A stretch of DNA of 64,000 nt, taken from NCBI GenBank assembly GCA_951406725.2, contig OX597818.1, forward strand, positions 15,438,001 through 15,502,000, in the 5' to 3' direction. A program made the translations under genes and the position numbers. How positions within the stretch are numbered: the first letter of the stretch is position 1; every line of letters starts with the position of its first letter. The notes under the pieces are model-generated. The model was not told the origin of the DNA. It ran no database searches and saw only the letters and a program-made list of their open reading frames with translations. The stretch is from Octopus vulgaris. Lineage: Eukaryota. Below are positions 27,370 to 41,769 of the stretch, one piece after another.

Positions 27370-27420
<51 letters not shown>

Positions 27421-27609
27421 GCTGTCTAGATTACACAGGTCTCAACTGCTGGTTGCTGAGATACCAACTTTCTACATTAATAACTCTCCAACTCAATACC
27501 AGCATGGAACATAGACGTTAAATGAAATGTTAAAAGAAGGTTTTCAACTCATATATGTATATAAAGTAAATACACGTAATTCAGCTTATTTCATAACCAA
27601 AAAACAGGT

Positions 27610-28730
27610 ACAGATTATAAACAATGAAAGGCCGATTTTGGCAATTCATTTGACAGAGTTAGCAGAGAGCCAGTATGATGATAAATCTGACCTCGGATCT
27701 TGAAAGTTTGCATGAATCCTGGCTCACTTAAATCTTTTGTGGCTCCAAATGATGTTATCTGTAGTGCAGCATTGTATTGTCTAATTTTGTTTTGGATGTG
27801 CTTGGAATCTTGGTCAGTTGATGACAACAGTTTCTTCAATGGCTCTGGAGGTTGGGGAATTGCAGGGAGTTTAACCTTTTCACCACTGCAGCACAGTACA
27901 GGTGTCTCTCCAGGCTACTTCCTTGATTTACAATGTATGCACTCAGTTGTCATTGCACCAATGGAAACTCTAGTGTCATCTGCATAATGAACATCTGGAA
28001 TATAATTGAAAGCTGTTTCATAGAAGTTGCTTCTCTGAGCTGTTGCAACTGCTCTTCATTCTGCAGTGGAGATCCTATTCCTTGTTAGCTGTGCATACCT
28101 CTGTTCATCACTTTGAGATGCTCTGGGTATGCTTCCCTTTCTACAGCTGTCTCTCTTTCCCTGGACAGAGACATTCTTTTGGCTGACCTTGACATAGTAG
28201 ACAAATTTGACACTTTCCTTCTAGGCATGGTTATATACTTATACAAAAATACATGAGTGCAGAAGATAGTAGACAATAAAAATAAGTGAGTAACAGAAAT
28301 TATATTTCTTAATACGATGGACAGAAAGTAAATAAGAAATTTTTATGGAAAATAAAGGATTGTATGTGTTGAAGCGAAATTTGTCAGTGAACTAAAGAGC
28401 CAGTACCAAAAGAACCAGAAAAAGCCATTAACAACAGTTACTTTCATCAGTAATTGTGAACTTCTTTCTGTCAGTAATTTGTCATGGTTGTTTGTAAATA
28501 GCAATTGAAAACTTACAATGAAAACAATAATGATTGAACTTAAAAGTGAAAACAATAGCATCTGAAAAATGAAAGTGGAAACAATAGAGAGTGAGTGAGA
28601 TATAGGGAGAGGGGAGAGAGAGAGACATAGCTAGTTAGACAAATAAGATAGATATAGATAGATAAGATATAGACAGATAGATACAGAGAGATAGAAAGAG
28701 ATAGATATAGATGGAGAGATATAGATGTCA
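27610..28730 (-). mobile_element. Helitron RepHel 5' fragment (pseudogene)
   Basis: MPRRK.SNL..., C.HC....PGE....CC..EKVKLP...PPEPL..LL, IRQYNAALQITSFGA, FKIRGQIYHHTGSLL, typical of the Helitron N-terminus. Confidence 0.85.
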
Positions 28731-29085
28731 CTGATGCTAGAAAACCAGAAGTAAATATTTTAAAAAACTTTCAAAGACAGGAATCTAATGTAAAAAGCAA
28801 TATTTTTTTATGACCAATGGATGAAAGGGAGACAATCAATTTATTGAAAGTTACTTCACAAATAGTTACCTCCTTTCTCCATGTAACCCAGGAATGGGTG
28901 TTTTCTGCCACCAGGGAGCCCATTGCACATTATGTGAAAAATTTTAAGAGTCTAAAACCATCTCTGGAGCATAAGTAATACATGCTCCCAGTTTGAAGAA
29001 AATTAGTTGAAAAATATGGCCATTATAATCTTTTACACACACACACACACACACATACACACTCACTCACACACAGAACAAGATT

Positions 29086-29132
<47 letters not shown>

Positions 29133-29260
29133 TATATGTGTGTGTGTGCGTATGTATGTGTGTGTGTATATATATATGTATATGTATATATGTATATACG
29201 GACGCTAAACGATGATGATGATGATGATGATATATATATATATGTATATGTATATGTATA

Positions 29261-29686
29261 TCATCATCTCCATCATCATCTTCGTTTAGCGTCCGCTTTC
29301 CATGCTAGCATGAGTTGGACGGTTCAACTGGGGTCTGGGAAGCCAGAAGGCTGCACCAGGCCCAGTCTGATCTGGCAATGTTTCTACGGCTGGATGCCCT
29401 TCCTAATGCCAACCACTCTGTGAGTGTAGTGGGTGCTTTTTACGTGCCACCAGCACAGGTGCCAGACGAGGCTGGCAAATGGCCACGATCGGATGGTGCT
29501 TTTTACATGCCACCAGCACGGGGGCCAGGCGAGGCTGGCAACGGCCACAATCGGAAGGTGATTTTTACGTGCCACCGGCACAAGGCCAGTCGGGGTGGCG
29601 CTGGCAACGGCCACATTCGGATGGTTCTCTTGCGTACCACCGGCACTGGTATCACAGCTGCAATTTCCATTGATGTTGATCGATTT
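29261..29686 (-). mobile_element. 5'-truncated RTE 3' UTR copy (about 3.5 units)
   Basis: Same sequence family as 21101. Confidence 0.85.
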
Positions 29687-30242
29687 GTGTATATATATAT
29701 ATATATGAACCACATATTTTCTCGCTCCATTTTTTCCTCTTATGCTTTTTTTGTCAAAGAGCGTGAACTCAAAATGTTAGACTTTTCCATTTTTTCCCCC
29801 GAGTATCAAACTAGTACACCTGCTGGTTGTTCCTTCACTTGTCTTTGTCTTTTGTTTTCTGTACATTTGAACTATACATATATGTATGTATATATATATA
29901 TACATATGCATACATAGGTACATTATATACACATGACTGTGTGTGTATGTGTTTGAGTGTTTGTGTGAGTGTGTGCATGTGTGCGTGTGTGTGTGTGTGT
30001 GTGCCTGCTTGACAACTGGTGTTCACTTATTTATGACCATGTAACTTAGTGGCCCAGTAAAAAGAGACTAATAGTCTGAAATAATTACTAGGTTAATTTG
30101 ATCAAGTAAACTTTTCAAAGAGAAACAGCCCAGCATAGCAGTGACTAAAACAACAGTTCAATGACTAAAACAAGTTACAAAATAAAATAAATACTAATAA
30201 AAGTATGTGTAGAAGAATGAAAGTGAGAAAATAGTAACTTAC

Positions 30243-30410
30243 CAAGTATTACACATTCTGACTCACTGGTGCTACCTTTTTCGTTTGTTGTGTTACCTTG
30301 TCTGCAAATTTCACACTGGAACATTCCAGGCTGGTCTTGATAGAAGCCAACACTACATTGTGTACATTTAGATGTGGATGACTGGAAATAGGAACCCTCA
30401 GGGCATGTGT
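30243..30410 (-). CDS. Host gene exon H: Ephrin_rec_like repeat 2
   Basis: caacag| ... |gtaagt; DTCPEGSYFQSSTSKCTQCSVGFYQDQPGMFQCEICRQGNTTNEKGSTSESECVIL; phase 1-1. Confidence 0.9.
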
Positions 30411-30717
30411 CTGTTGTTAATAGAAAAATAAGAAGCAGCCAATGAATCTACTTGTTGTTGTAGTCTTGTGTATTGAATAAGGAATATGTAGTTATTGATA
30501 TACTTTAAAAAGTTGGATGGATGACCTGGGATGGTCTTGGATTATAGCTCTACTTAATTAAGATTGACCTGGGACTAAACAATGATAATGGTAATACTAC
30601 AAGTACTGCTGCTGTTGCTACTAGTATAGCTGCTGCTACTGCAGCCACTGCTGCTACCACCACCACCACCACCACCACCACCACCACCACCACCACCACC
30701 ACCACCACCACCACCAT

Positions 30718-30748
<31 letters not shown>

Positions 30749-33244
30749 CAAACAACAAACAAGATATAACTGGGAGGAAAAAGATGAAATAGTAATAATG
30801 GCTTCAAATTTTGGCACAAAGCCAGTAATTTTTGGAGGAAAGATTAAGCTGAATACATTGACCCCAGCGCCCTACTGGTACTCATTTTACCAGCCCCAGA
30901 AAGGATGAAAAGCAAAGTTGACCTTACTGGAATTTGAACTCAGAATGTAAAGATGGACAAAACGCCACAAAACATTTTGGCCTGTATGCTAACTATTCTG
31001 CCAGCTCATCACCTTAGATAGAATAGTGATAATAAAAAAATGATTTTGTTCATGAGTCTGTTGCGTCAGGTTTAAACTGTAGCTATACAACAATAACAAC
31101 AAAGAAGTATGTCCATGAGTGATGTTAAATCAGGATAAATACTGTAGTATCTGGCCTATCAGCAATGTCTATACATTAAGTATGATACACAGATGACTAT
31201 TTTAATTAAATATTGCCTCAGATGTGTATACTAGATTTTTAATCAGCCAGGCAGCTATTTGCAACATCAGTAAATGTTTTAATCACTTTTTCCTGTGTCA
31301 GAAACAACAAATTCTCATTTGAGCACATGGATAGTTGTAAGCACACACCACTGAAAAAGGCCAAAATACATACAGTTCCCTCATTAGATGCTGTGTTTTT
31401 AACATAGCAAGTCTTCATACATACTGACATGTACATACATCATCATCATTATTTAATGTCTGTTGTCCATGTTGTCCGTTGTTGTCCATTGTTCATGTTG
31501 GACGGTTTGATCAAAGCTGGCAAGCTGGGGAGATGCACTAAATTCCAGTCTGATCTGGCATGGTTCCTACAGCTGAATGCCCTTCCTAACGCCAACCACT
31601 TTACAGAGTGTGCTGGGTGCTTTTACGAGGCACTGCATGGGCACTATTACATGGCACTATAACATTAATGGACACTCTAACATGGCACTGTAGATTGTAG
31701 CCATGCTGAGGCACCACCTTAAATAATTTTTAGTCTAATGAATCTACCCCAGTACTTTTTTAAAAGCCTGGTGCTTATTCTTTTGGTCTCTCATTCCAAA
31801 CTGCTAAGTTATAGGTATGCAAACACACCAATGCCAGTTGTCAAGCATTAGGGGAAGTCAAACACAGACACAAAAACACTCACATACATATAAAGATATA
31901 TATTAGATATTCTTTTACTTGTTTCAGTCATTTGACTGTGGCTATGCTGGAGCACCACCTTTAGTCGAACAAATCGACCCTGGGACTTATTCTTTGTAAG
32001 CCCAGTACTTATTCTGTCGGTCTCTTTTGCCAAACTGCTAAATGACGGGGACGTAAACACACCAGCATCGGTTGTCAAGCAATGCTAGGGGAACAAACAC
32101 AGTCACACAAATACACACACACACATATATATATATACATATATACGACAGGCTTCTTTCAGTTTCCGTCTACCAAATCCACTCACAAGGCATTGGTTGG
32201 CCCGGGGCTATAGCAGAAGACACTTGCCCAAGATGCCACGCAGTGGGACTGAACCCGGAACCATGTGGTTGGTTAGCAAGCTACTTACCACACGTTTCCC
32301 TCTATCAAGTCCACCTACGAGATTTTAGTCAGCCCAAGGCTATAGTAGAAAACACTAGTAGAAGACCTGGAACCATGTGGTTGGGAAGCAAACTTCTTAC
32401 CACACACCGACACTTGCTGTATTATCATTCTCGGTAAAGAGAAATCAAAGTTTAAGCTGAAAATCAAAACTGAAGTGGGCAGCAAGGAATGTCATCGTTA
32501 TTTTGATTGAAAATATTATGAATAGTCTGAGTAAATGGCGAGATGACCCATTCTGAACAAATTTTACTGTTTCCCATGTCTGTTACTTTGACATCATAAG
32601 AACACATTTTCTCAACTTTGAAGTGATAATGAAAATGAATATCACTTTCGAGTAATATTCAAAATGAAATCATTTAATTGTACAGTTGTTACAAGTGAAG
32701 GTGTAATTAAGCCACTGATAGAAAAAAATCAGCATTTGTTACTGTTATGTTTGGTGAGACTATAGACCTTTGAATGAAATCTTAACTGTTACATGTTTTG
32801 CGATTTGTTGATGAGCCGGAAAGGCTTCAAGAAAGGTTTAGGGGATAAGTCAATATCAGTAAAGACAGAAAAGCTGCATAACTGACATTCACTTAATTTG
32901 ATACTCTCTCAATCAGCTTCAAGAATTCGTGGATGTCGAATTTTCTTCCAAACTTTAAAAAGAATTTCAACTTTTTTCTCAAAGTTGATGGCTTGAATAG
33001 CCCCTACTGGATGAAATCATTGGAAGGTGATTTCCAGAGTTATATGTATGTTACTTGTGTGTTACTAACTATTTCAAAATGGTGTATCATAAGGGGAAAA
33101 CTATTTTCATTTTCAGACTCCCCATATTTCAAAGCATATAACACTACACTTTTCACAGAAAATGGGGGCAAGTGGAAAACTCAGAAACTCCACCCAACAA
33201 ACCTCAGTGGGGCCAAGGGCCAGACTGCATGCCCTAGTTTCCTA

Positions 33245-33598
33245 GTCACCCTTCACCTTGCCAGCTCTGTCTGGCCCCGTGTCAGTGGCACGTAAAAGCA
33301 CCATCCGTTCGTGTCCGTTGCCAGCATCGCCTGGCCCCGTGCCGGTGACACGTAAAAGCACCATCCGTTCATGGCCGTTGCCAGCTCTGTCTGGCACCTG
33401 TGCAGGTGGCACGTAAAAAGCACCCACTACACTCACGGAGTGGTTGGCATTAGGAAGGGCATCCAGCCGTAGAAACACTGCCAGATCTGACTGGGCCTTA
33501 CAAAGCCTTCCAGCTTCACAGACCCCAGTTGAACCGTCCAACCCATGCTAGCATGGAAAGCGGACGCTAAATGATGATGATGATGATGATGATGATGA
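33245..33598 (+). mobile_element. 5'-truncated RTE 3' UTR copy (about 2.5 units), opposite orientation
   Basis: Reverse complement of the family; ends in (gat)n. Confidence 0.85.
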
Positions 33599-34108
33599 TA
33601 TATATATATATATACATGTGGTGTTATGAGCCAGGCTGTGTTGTAGGAAAGGTCTGAAAGTGAGGGAGTAGACATGTCCTGTCGGAAGTGGGGCCTGTGA
33701 GTCCCACGGATAGGCCATGGTGGGCATGCAGAATCAGCAAGGCGCGAGCAGTCAGTTGGTGGTGGACAGTGCATGAGAGCAGGTGTGTTAGATGGTACAG
33801 TGATGGATAGAGCACATGGACATTGAGTGAATCTTGCTGATTGAGACAGAGCACGTGGTCATTGTGAGCAACCCTTTCTGGACCGACAGGTAAGACTACT
33901 GCAATTCTCTCTTTGCTTCCGTCTTTTTCCTCCTTCACATCACAACATATATAGTTTTATATCAGTTTAGAAAGAGTGGGACAATAATCCATAATTCCAA
34001 AAATGATAGGATGATAGAAATAATAGCTAGAAATCTTTTGACCACAGGTTTGACTGATCAGGACTGACCTGGGTTTAATAACTATAATAAACACAAGTTC
34101 ACACCTAC

Positions 34109-34270
34109 CTTTGCATTCACTTTCCTGGACAGATTGAATTGTTTCAGTAGTTTTACCACTTGTACAATTATTACAGCTACTACTTCTGGAATTTGGCTGG
34201 TATGTGCCCTTTGGACATGATTTCACAGTATTGTGCTTACTGGACCAAAATGTCCCAGGGCCAGCTTCAA
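34109..34270 (-). CDS. Host gene exon G: Ephrin_rec_like (GCC2/GCC3) Cys-rich repeat 1
   Basis: tttttcag| ... |gtaggt; VEAGPGTFWSSKHNTVKSCPKGTYQPNSRSSSCNNCTSGKTTETIQSVQESECK (CPxGTYQ...C..C..G.TT motif); phase 1-1. Confidence 0.9.
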
Positions 34271-35292
34271 CTGAAAAAGAATTAAAAGAAAATAGAAGTT
34301 AATCCAAAAAATATACCACCACACACACACATATGCATACACATGCATATATACATAAATACATACATCCATGTTCATCCATTGGAGCAATGATGACCAT
34401 CGAGTGATCATTAGGAATGACCGATGACCTACACAGTGACTTTGTTTATAGTGAAGGAGAGTTGCACACTGTTGACCTCACTCTCTCATTCATGATAATC
34501 TTCAATACAGTAGCCAGACCAGGTCAAGATGACTGGGGATGGAGACAGATGCAGTGGATGACAAAGATGTTTTAGTACGTTCATCTTGCTCTCTGCACTC
34601 CACAATGCATTGCTGCAGCCATCTTCTCTTCTGTTGAACCATGAAGGTTTCTTCCACAGAGCCTACCAGATCCAGTCTTCACATGCATATGTAGGCAAGC
34701 CTTAATATGCTAATTAACCTATAGTTGGGACCCTGACAGGTGCTACTACTCTTTGTCAGCATAGGCCTGGGAACAATAATGGCCAAGAGTGATAAAACCT
34801 TGGAACTCCAAAAATAGGGCCCCACACCAGATGCAATGTAAAGTCGTACTTGGGATGAAAACATACATACATAAATACAAAACAAATACATTCATTCATG
34901 GATACAGAAAGACAGATAGTTCAGACAAGCCTGGCAGGCAGGCTTGCAGTTAGACAGACAGACAGACAAACAGACTTTTGTGCTGGCCTGATGAAGTGCT
35001 ACTCCAACATAATCAGCTACACATATTGTGTAACTTTCTGAACAAAATCACTTAAATAAAATTATAACATAGATGTGCTAAATTCATTATTTGATTTATC
35101 CATCCAGATGTCTATCAATCTGTCTATATATAGATAGTAGTCCAACAATGCCAGCTTGTAAGAAGGGACAGTAAATGATGATGATGATGTTGATGATGAT
35201 AATAATGTTGATATACATAAATCTAAAAAAAATTTTTCCGTAATGAGATAAAAAACCAAGGCTGAGTAGATTTTAGAACATTTATAGATAGG

Positions 35293-35338
35293 TCTTACAG
35301 CCGTTTCCAGGATATTTATTATATCCCTTCATCGGAGA
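35293..35338 (-). ncRNA. Degenerate hammerhead ribozyme motif
   Basis: ucu CCGAUGA, ggauau/auaucc stem, GAAAC GGCU GUA aga; U4C deviation in the core. Confidence 0.5.
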
Positions 35339-36299
35339 TGGTGTGAGAGGATAGTTAAGTAATAGTTATATATCCTTCTTTTATTTTTTACTTGTTTCAG
35401 TCATTAGACTGCAGCCATACTAGAGCACCACCTTAAAATTTTAGTCAAATGAATCAACTCCAGTATTTAATTTATTTTTTTAAGCCTAGCACATAATCTA
35501 TCGGTCTCTTTTGCTGAACTGCTAAGTTACAGGGAATGTAAACACACCAACATCGATTGTCAAGTGGTGATGGGGAGGGACAAACACAGACACAAAGACA
35601 TATTCACACATACTCACACACATGTGTGTGCGCATACACATACACACACATACATACATACATACATACACACATACATACATACATACATGTATATATA
35701 TATTTCTTTACTGCCCACAAGGGGCTAAACATAGAAGGGACAAACAAGGACAGACGAAGGGATTGAGTCGATTATATCGCCCCCAGTGCGAAACTGGTAC
35801 TTTATTTATCGACCCCGAAAGGATGAAAGGCAAAGTTGACCTCGGCGGAATTTGAACTCAGAACGTAACAACAGACGAAATACCGCTAAGCATTTCACCC
35901 GGTGCGCTAACGTGTCTGCCAGCTCGCCGCCTATGTATATATATATACATACATATATACATACATATACATATATACATACATATATACATACATATAT
36001 ATATACATACATATATACATACATATATATATATATAGGGAGAATTCACAAAAAAATAAAAGATGAAGACAGGTAGTGTAGACAACAAACAGATGTATTA
36101 GTATAACACTCGGGAAGTGGAAAAGTCTTTAACATTTCGAGCCTAAGCTCTTCTACAGAAAGGAACAAAGAAAGAAACAAGGAGAGAAAATAAAGAATGT
36201 GTAGTGGCTGGCTTTGGCGAGCCTGAGGCTTTAGTAGAAGACACTTACCCAAGGTGCCACACATTGGGACTGAGCCAAAACTGATGTTACTAAGAAGGC

Positions 36300-36670
36300 T
36301 ATTGTATGTGTGTATATGGTGTGTGCATGTGTATGCATGTGTGCATGTGGGGTGTTTATGTGTATGGTGTATGTGTGGGTATGAGGGTGTTTGTGCATGT
36401 GTGTATGGTTTATGTGTGTCTGTTGTGTGGTGTGTGTGCATGCGTGTGTGATGTGTTTGATATGTGGTGCGTGTGTGTGGTATGTGTATGTGTGTGCATG
36501 TGTGTGTGCTTGATGTGTGTATGATGTATATGGTGTGCGTGTGTGATTTTGTGTGTAACGTGTGTGTGTGTATGTGTGTGTTTGTGTGTGTGGGTGTGTG
36601 CTTGAGTGTGTGGTGTGTGTGCATGTGTGTATGTGTGTATATGGTGTGTGTATGTGGTGTGTGCACATGA
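36300..36670. repeat. Degenerate (TG)n low-complexity tract
   Basis: Read directly. Confidence 0.95.
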
Positions 36671-37446
36671 GTGTTTGTGATCTTGTATTTGCCTTGTGTC
36701 TCTACATTTTACGCTTATTGGTGGTAAACAACAGCCTCGTTTAGGTTCATTTCCCAGCAGTCCACTCTGTAAACCTGTCTGGGAGCAGGTGGATAGTGCT
36801 AATAGTATTTAGAATTTAGTTTTGTCAAAGACATGACAACCTTTCAAGTGTTTGGTGCTATTATAAAATCATACAATGCACCCAGTATGCTCACTAAAGT
36901 AGTTGGTGTTAGGAAGGACAGCCAGCCTTAAAACCCTGTTAAACGGATCATCATACAAGTGAGATGTGATCCTACAGTCCATCTTGGTGGCTAGTAACAC
37001 CAAATAGGAGCTGACATGGACCATAATAATTCATTCAATCTATGCCAAGATGGAAGACGGACATAAAATAATGAGGCGGAGACAGAAGGAGGAATGGAAT
37101 GAAGAGGAGGAAGGTGGTGGAGTTGGAAAGGAAGGGGAGGAAGAGAAGGAAAAGGAGGAAAGAAATGAAAGGGAGGGCGAGTGGTGGTGGTTATAAATAA
37201 AGATAGTAATCAGGAATGAGGATGATGATGATGATAGGAAGAAAAGTGTTAAGAATAATGGTGATGTTGGCTATGAATGACAATTATAATGACAACAACA
37301 ACGATAAAGATGAGAACGACAGTGATGATGATGATGATGATGATGATAGTGATGATGATGGTGATGATGATGATGATGACGATGATGATGATGACATCAC
37401 CAACAATAGTCTTATTGAAATATCAGTATTTTTTTTTTTTACTTAC

Positions 37447-37540
37447 CACAGCTTGATCCCTGTAAAACACCTGCAGTGCAATAACTAACTACTTGAGGGT
37501 TTATTGAAGACAAGACCAAACTTGCATTCATTGCACTCAG
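37447..37540 (-). CDS. Host gene exon F
   Basis: ttctctccag| ... |gtaagt; LSAMNASLVLSSINPQVVSYCTAGVLQGSSC; phase 0-1. Confidence 0.82.
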
Positions 37541-38938
37541 CTGGAGAGAAAGGAAACAAAAACAAAAATAATCATTAATAGGCACCGACATGGCTGTGTG
37601 GTTAAGAATCATGCTTCACAGCGACATAGTTTTAGGTTCAGTTTCACTGAGCAGCACCTGGTCAAGTGTCCTCTGGACCAATTAATGTCTTGTGAATGAA
37701 TTTGGGGAAACAGAAACTATGTTGAAGCCCATTGTATGGTCTATCCACTTCTCTTCTCATGATGCAATTTCAGGCAGTTTCACTAAAGTGAAAAAGAGTT
37801 ATACTGATTCGTATTTTATTTACTGAAAAATTCAAAGGATGAAATTAAAAGTTATCCTTGAAGAGATTTGATCTCAGAGTGTAAATGTCACAAAGTGTTT
37901 TATCTGATGCTCTACCGATTCTGCCAATTCACTGCCACTGCTATAGTACAGGTATTTATTTTTGTTTAGTTAAGATAGAAGTGACATGAATAAAGAGTAC
38001 AGAGCAGTGAAAGTAAATATTGTTCCATCTGACTCAAGGCTTTCTTCTGACAACGTAGGCACAGGCAAGAATATGTGGTTAAGAAGTTTGTTTCACAACC
38101 ATATAGTTTGGGTTCTGTCTAAATACACAGTTCTTTGAGTAGGGATCTATTTTGGATAAGTTTTCAGTCACTTGATGGATAATCTGTGAGCAAACTTTAA
38201 TAGATGGAAACTATTTACAAATCCATCAGATGGGCAGTTCTCATTAATCCGTTGGCTGCCCTATTTGACACCACCACTTGGATCTTGCCTTCTTCCATCA
38301 AGTCTAGAAGGCCCTGAAAAGTGTCATGAATGTTGTTATTCCTCCTTGATTCAGCAAAAAAAAAAAAAGAAATTGGTCAAATTCTGCTTTAAGCATGCCA
38401 TACAACCCCTTATAATTTTTTCTATTTTTCTGGAATTTTCAGAAAAGTTTTGTAAATTTGTATTCTACACACAAGAATTCACTCAACTATGAACAAAAAA
38501 AATATTTAAAAGTTTTTGAAATTTCTTTTTGATTTTAAAAACCTTTTAAAACTTTTCTTTTTAAATCACAGTTTAAAATATGAATAGTCTGAAGTTTTGG
38601 TTTAAATCCCAGCAATAAACCATTGATTGTGCTTATAGAGAGAAAGATATTGAAAAACATCAATACGTCAGACTGACAAAGAAGTGAGGAAGGTATGAGG
38701 TGGTTGTGAGACATGCTGAAAATAACAGCTAAATAGCCCTTAAATCACACACCAAAAAATTTTTTTATTTAGTTTTTGCATGATTGTATGAGTTCCCATG
38801 TTTACAATACAAATTCGTAAAAATTTTCTGAAAAGCTCAAAAAATGAAATAGTTATGAGGTTATATGTGTGCTTAAAGCAAAGTTCTACCAACAATTTTT
38901 TTATAAATAAGTAAAAATAACAAAGTTGTGTAAATTAC

Positions 38939-39023
38939 CTGTGTGTTAAGTTCATTGTTACCAATTAATGCTACAATCATATCTTGTGTCAAATTAGTGC
39001 TCTGGTTTTGAGATGGATTTAAA
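38939..39023 (-). CDS. Host gene exon E
   Basis: tttcag| ... |gtaatt; VLNPSQNQSTNLTQDMIVALIGNNELNTQ; phase 2-0, exactly bridging exons D and F. Confidence 0.78.
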
Positions 39024-40208
39024 CTGAAATAAATTTATATATAAAATAATTGTAAAGAAAACTATATAACCTTATTACTAAATATAATAAAACATAATTG
39101 GATTTCATTTCTTGGAAGTATGTGTGTGTTTGATTAGAGAGGATGAGAAATAGTAGAATCATAGGACTGTAGTTATGTAGAGAACTTTCAAGTGTGAAGG
39201 CTTGAACCTACCAATATATAGATATATCACTAATTGTGATTCATCTATGACTAAAAAGAAAAGCAATAAAAAGAAAATTTTCACCTGGAATAATCCACCA
39301 TTTTCCTCACTGGTTAAAACACCTTTACTGAACATATTCATTAAATACTCAAGAAACCTTTTCACTGCAATGCATATGTCACCTGATTTTTCAACACACA
39401 TACAATTAAGCTTTACTATTCTATCACTCTTAACACAGATGATAATAAAGCAGCATCTAATAGTAGGAAAATGAACAATGGTAACAACATTAGTAGTGGA
39501 ACGCATTTAAATTTGAGATTAGTATCTGGTATAGGGAATAATAAGAACAACACATCCACATGATCAACTTTGACTTATGGAGATCAAAATAACTTATATA
39601 GTGAAACTGAACCCACTGATAGAGGAGAGTTAAATAGTGAGTACAACAATAATGTGACTTCTAATAACCCTAGTAGCAGTAATGAACTCCTCACAAAAAT
39701 CTCTTCCAAAAACTTGAACATTGTACATAGAAGTATACGAGTGAACAAATACCTAACATAACAGTGCATCCAGATTGTCAAACCAATGGTAAATAAACAG
39801 ATGTAATTGGATGTAATTGTAGAAGTGCCAATATTAGTCCTTTAGATGGGAATTGTCTTTATGAAAATAAAGTTAATAAATGTGCTGCAGAGACTTAATA
39901 GATGCCAATATTACATAAGGTCTACAGTACACATTTGTGCACTAACAAATCCTTTTAGAACCTCAAATTTAGGCAGCTTCAAAAGTTGCTGGCAATAGGC
40001 CAATAAGAGGCAACTGATGCATGTGTAAAAAATACTGCCATGCAAAGTTGGAAGTGATGATACAGGACAAACAACTGTTATAGTGCATTATTATCCCATA
40101 CACCAAGATAGATGGCATTGCAAGATTTGTAGAGCCCTTTAGCCGTTTTGAACATCTCCTTGACTTTATCTTGTCACTGGACATTTTTAAAAGATGCCCT
40201 TCTTATTT

Positions 40209-40448
40209 TTAACCCTTTTACATTCTAATTAGTCTGTCAAAAGTAATGCTTATTCATTCATATTGAATAATGCTTATTCATTCATAATCATGCATTATCT
40301 CGCAGCTTTGAGATTTTGAAGTTGTGATTGTTAATTTTTAGAATGACAGTGTAGGGTAGGTGTTGGAGGCTGGATCTGGCAAGTTTTGATATAAAACAAG
40401 GTAGAATATTTGAACCAATTATGGCCAGTTCAAATGCTAAAGGGTTAA
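40209..40448. mobile_element. TTAA-flanked piggyBac-like MITE; relatives at about 5266-5488, 7330-7542 and 45948-46175
   Basis: ttaa-CCCTTT(T)A.ATT ... AATGCTAAAGGG-ttaa terminal inverted repeats and shared internal sequence. Confidence 0.7.
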
Positions 40449-40733
40449 AGCAAGAAATCATTCTCATCTTACATCAGTGTCTTATGGTTCACACATGCTG
40501 AACATCTAAGTAATTGATGCTGGTGTATAACACATATCTGTGCCACTGAAATATCACTACTTAATAGTTTCAGGTGCACAGCATATGTAGTGAACAGTGG
40601 AGCAGTCACAATTCTCAGTACACTATACATGATTGTCTCCCCTGTTGAAGTACTGTGTAGTTAGATATCATTAATTACTTATGAGTGAAGCCAACAATGG
40701 CCAAACTACCATTGTATTGGAGAGTTTTGGGGT

Positions 40734-41590
40734 TTGAGACAATACTTACTGTTCTCCTCATGCCATCCCAATTGCACAAAGAATAATATCTTTAATTTAG
40801 CAAGAAGAATCTGTACAATTGTCTCAAACTCTGAAACTCACAATAAAAGACTCCAGGAACAAAAACAAGTACTACTTGAAAGACTGCATCCATTAATGTT
40901 ACTAGACAATGGAATAGAACATGCCAAAGCAATAAATATCGAAGGACTACAAAAAACGAAAAACACTCCAAATATATCCAATACTCTACCCTTTATTACA
41001 ACACACAACCCAAGAAGCACAAAGTTTTACAATATTATCCACTAGAACATCCCACTACTAAAACAGGACCCAAGAAGGAAACAAGAATCCAAAATGCACA
41101 AAAAAAAATCAAAAGTAAAACCCAATCAAAGTCCCACAAAAAAATCCTCACAAATGCTAAATTACCTTCTACAATTCTTGCACTAACAGTCAAAAAGTGT
41201 AGCCACACGAATTGCAGGACCTGCATCAATCATATTGAAGACACAACATACAAATTCAAATCAGGACAGACTTTTACTCTAAAAAATCACTTTATATGTT
41301 CTTCAAGTAATTTAATATAGGCTATCAAAAGTCAAAGATGCAATGAAGATTATATTGGTCAAACAAAACTTACTCTATAAAATAGACTGATTATTCACTG
41401 ATAACAAATATGAGACCCCAGTACTAGACAGATTCCACTGAGTGGACACATGGACATATGTGCAAAAGATAAGTTCCCAAATTCCAGGTCTTCTCATTCA
41501 GCCTATGTTCAGTGAATATCATAGATGAAGCACGGATAAACAAAGAAAATACTTTTATACAGAAGTACAAACCAAAACTTAACAAACTTT
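40734..41590 (+). mobile_element. Penelope-like element fragment (thumb plus GIY-YIG)
   Basis: QYLLFSSCHP..KNNI.FNLARRICTIVS; C...C.TC; CNEDYIGQTK. Confidence 0.82.
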
Positions 41591-41769
41591 AACAGAGTAC
41601 GTACACAAATAACTATTTACACGCAAAATTCATTCTGCCAATTATCATGAGAAAGCTACACAGCTAACAACCTAAACATTATCCACTGAACTACATACAA
41701 ACTGAGTGCATCATTTCATACAAAATATACTGCTTTGACCTCACTCCACAAGACAGACATCAGCTTCTA

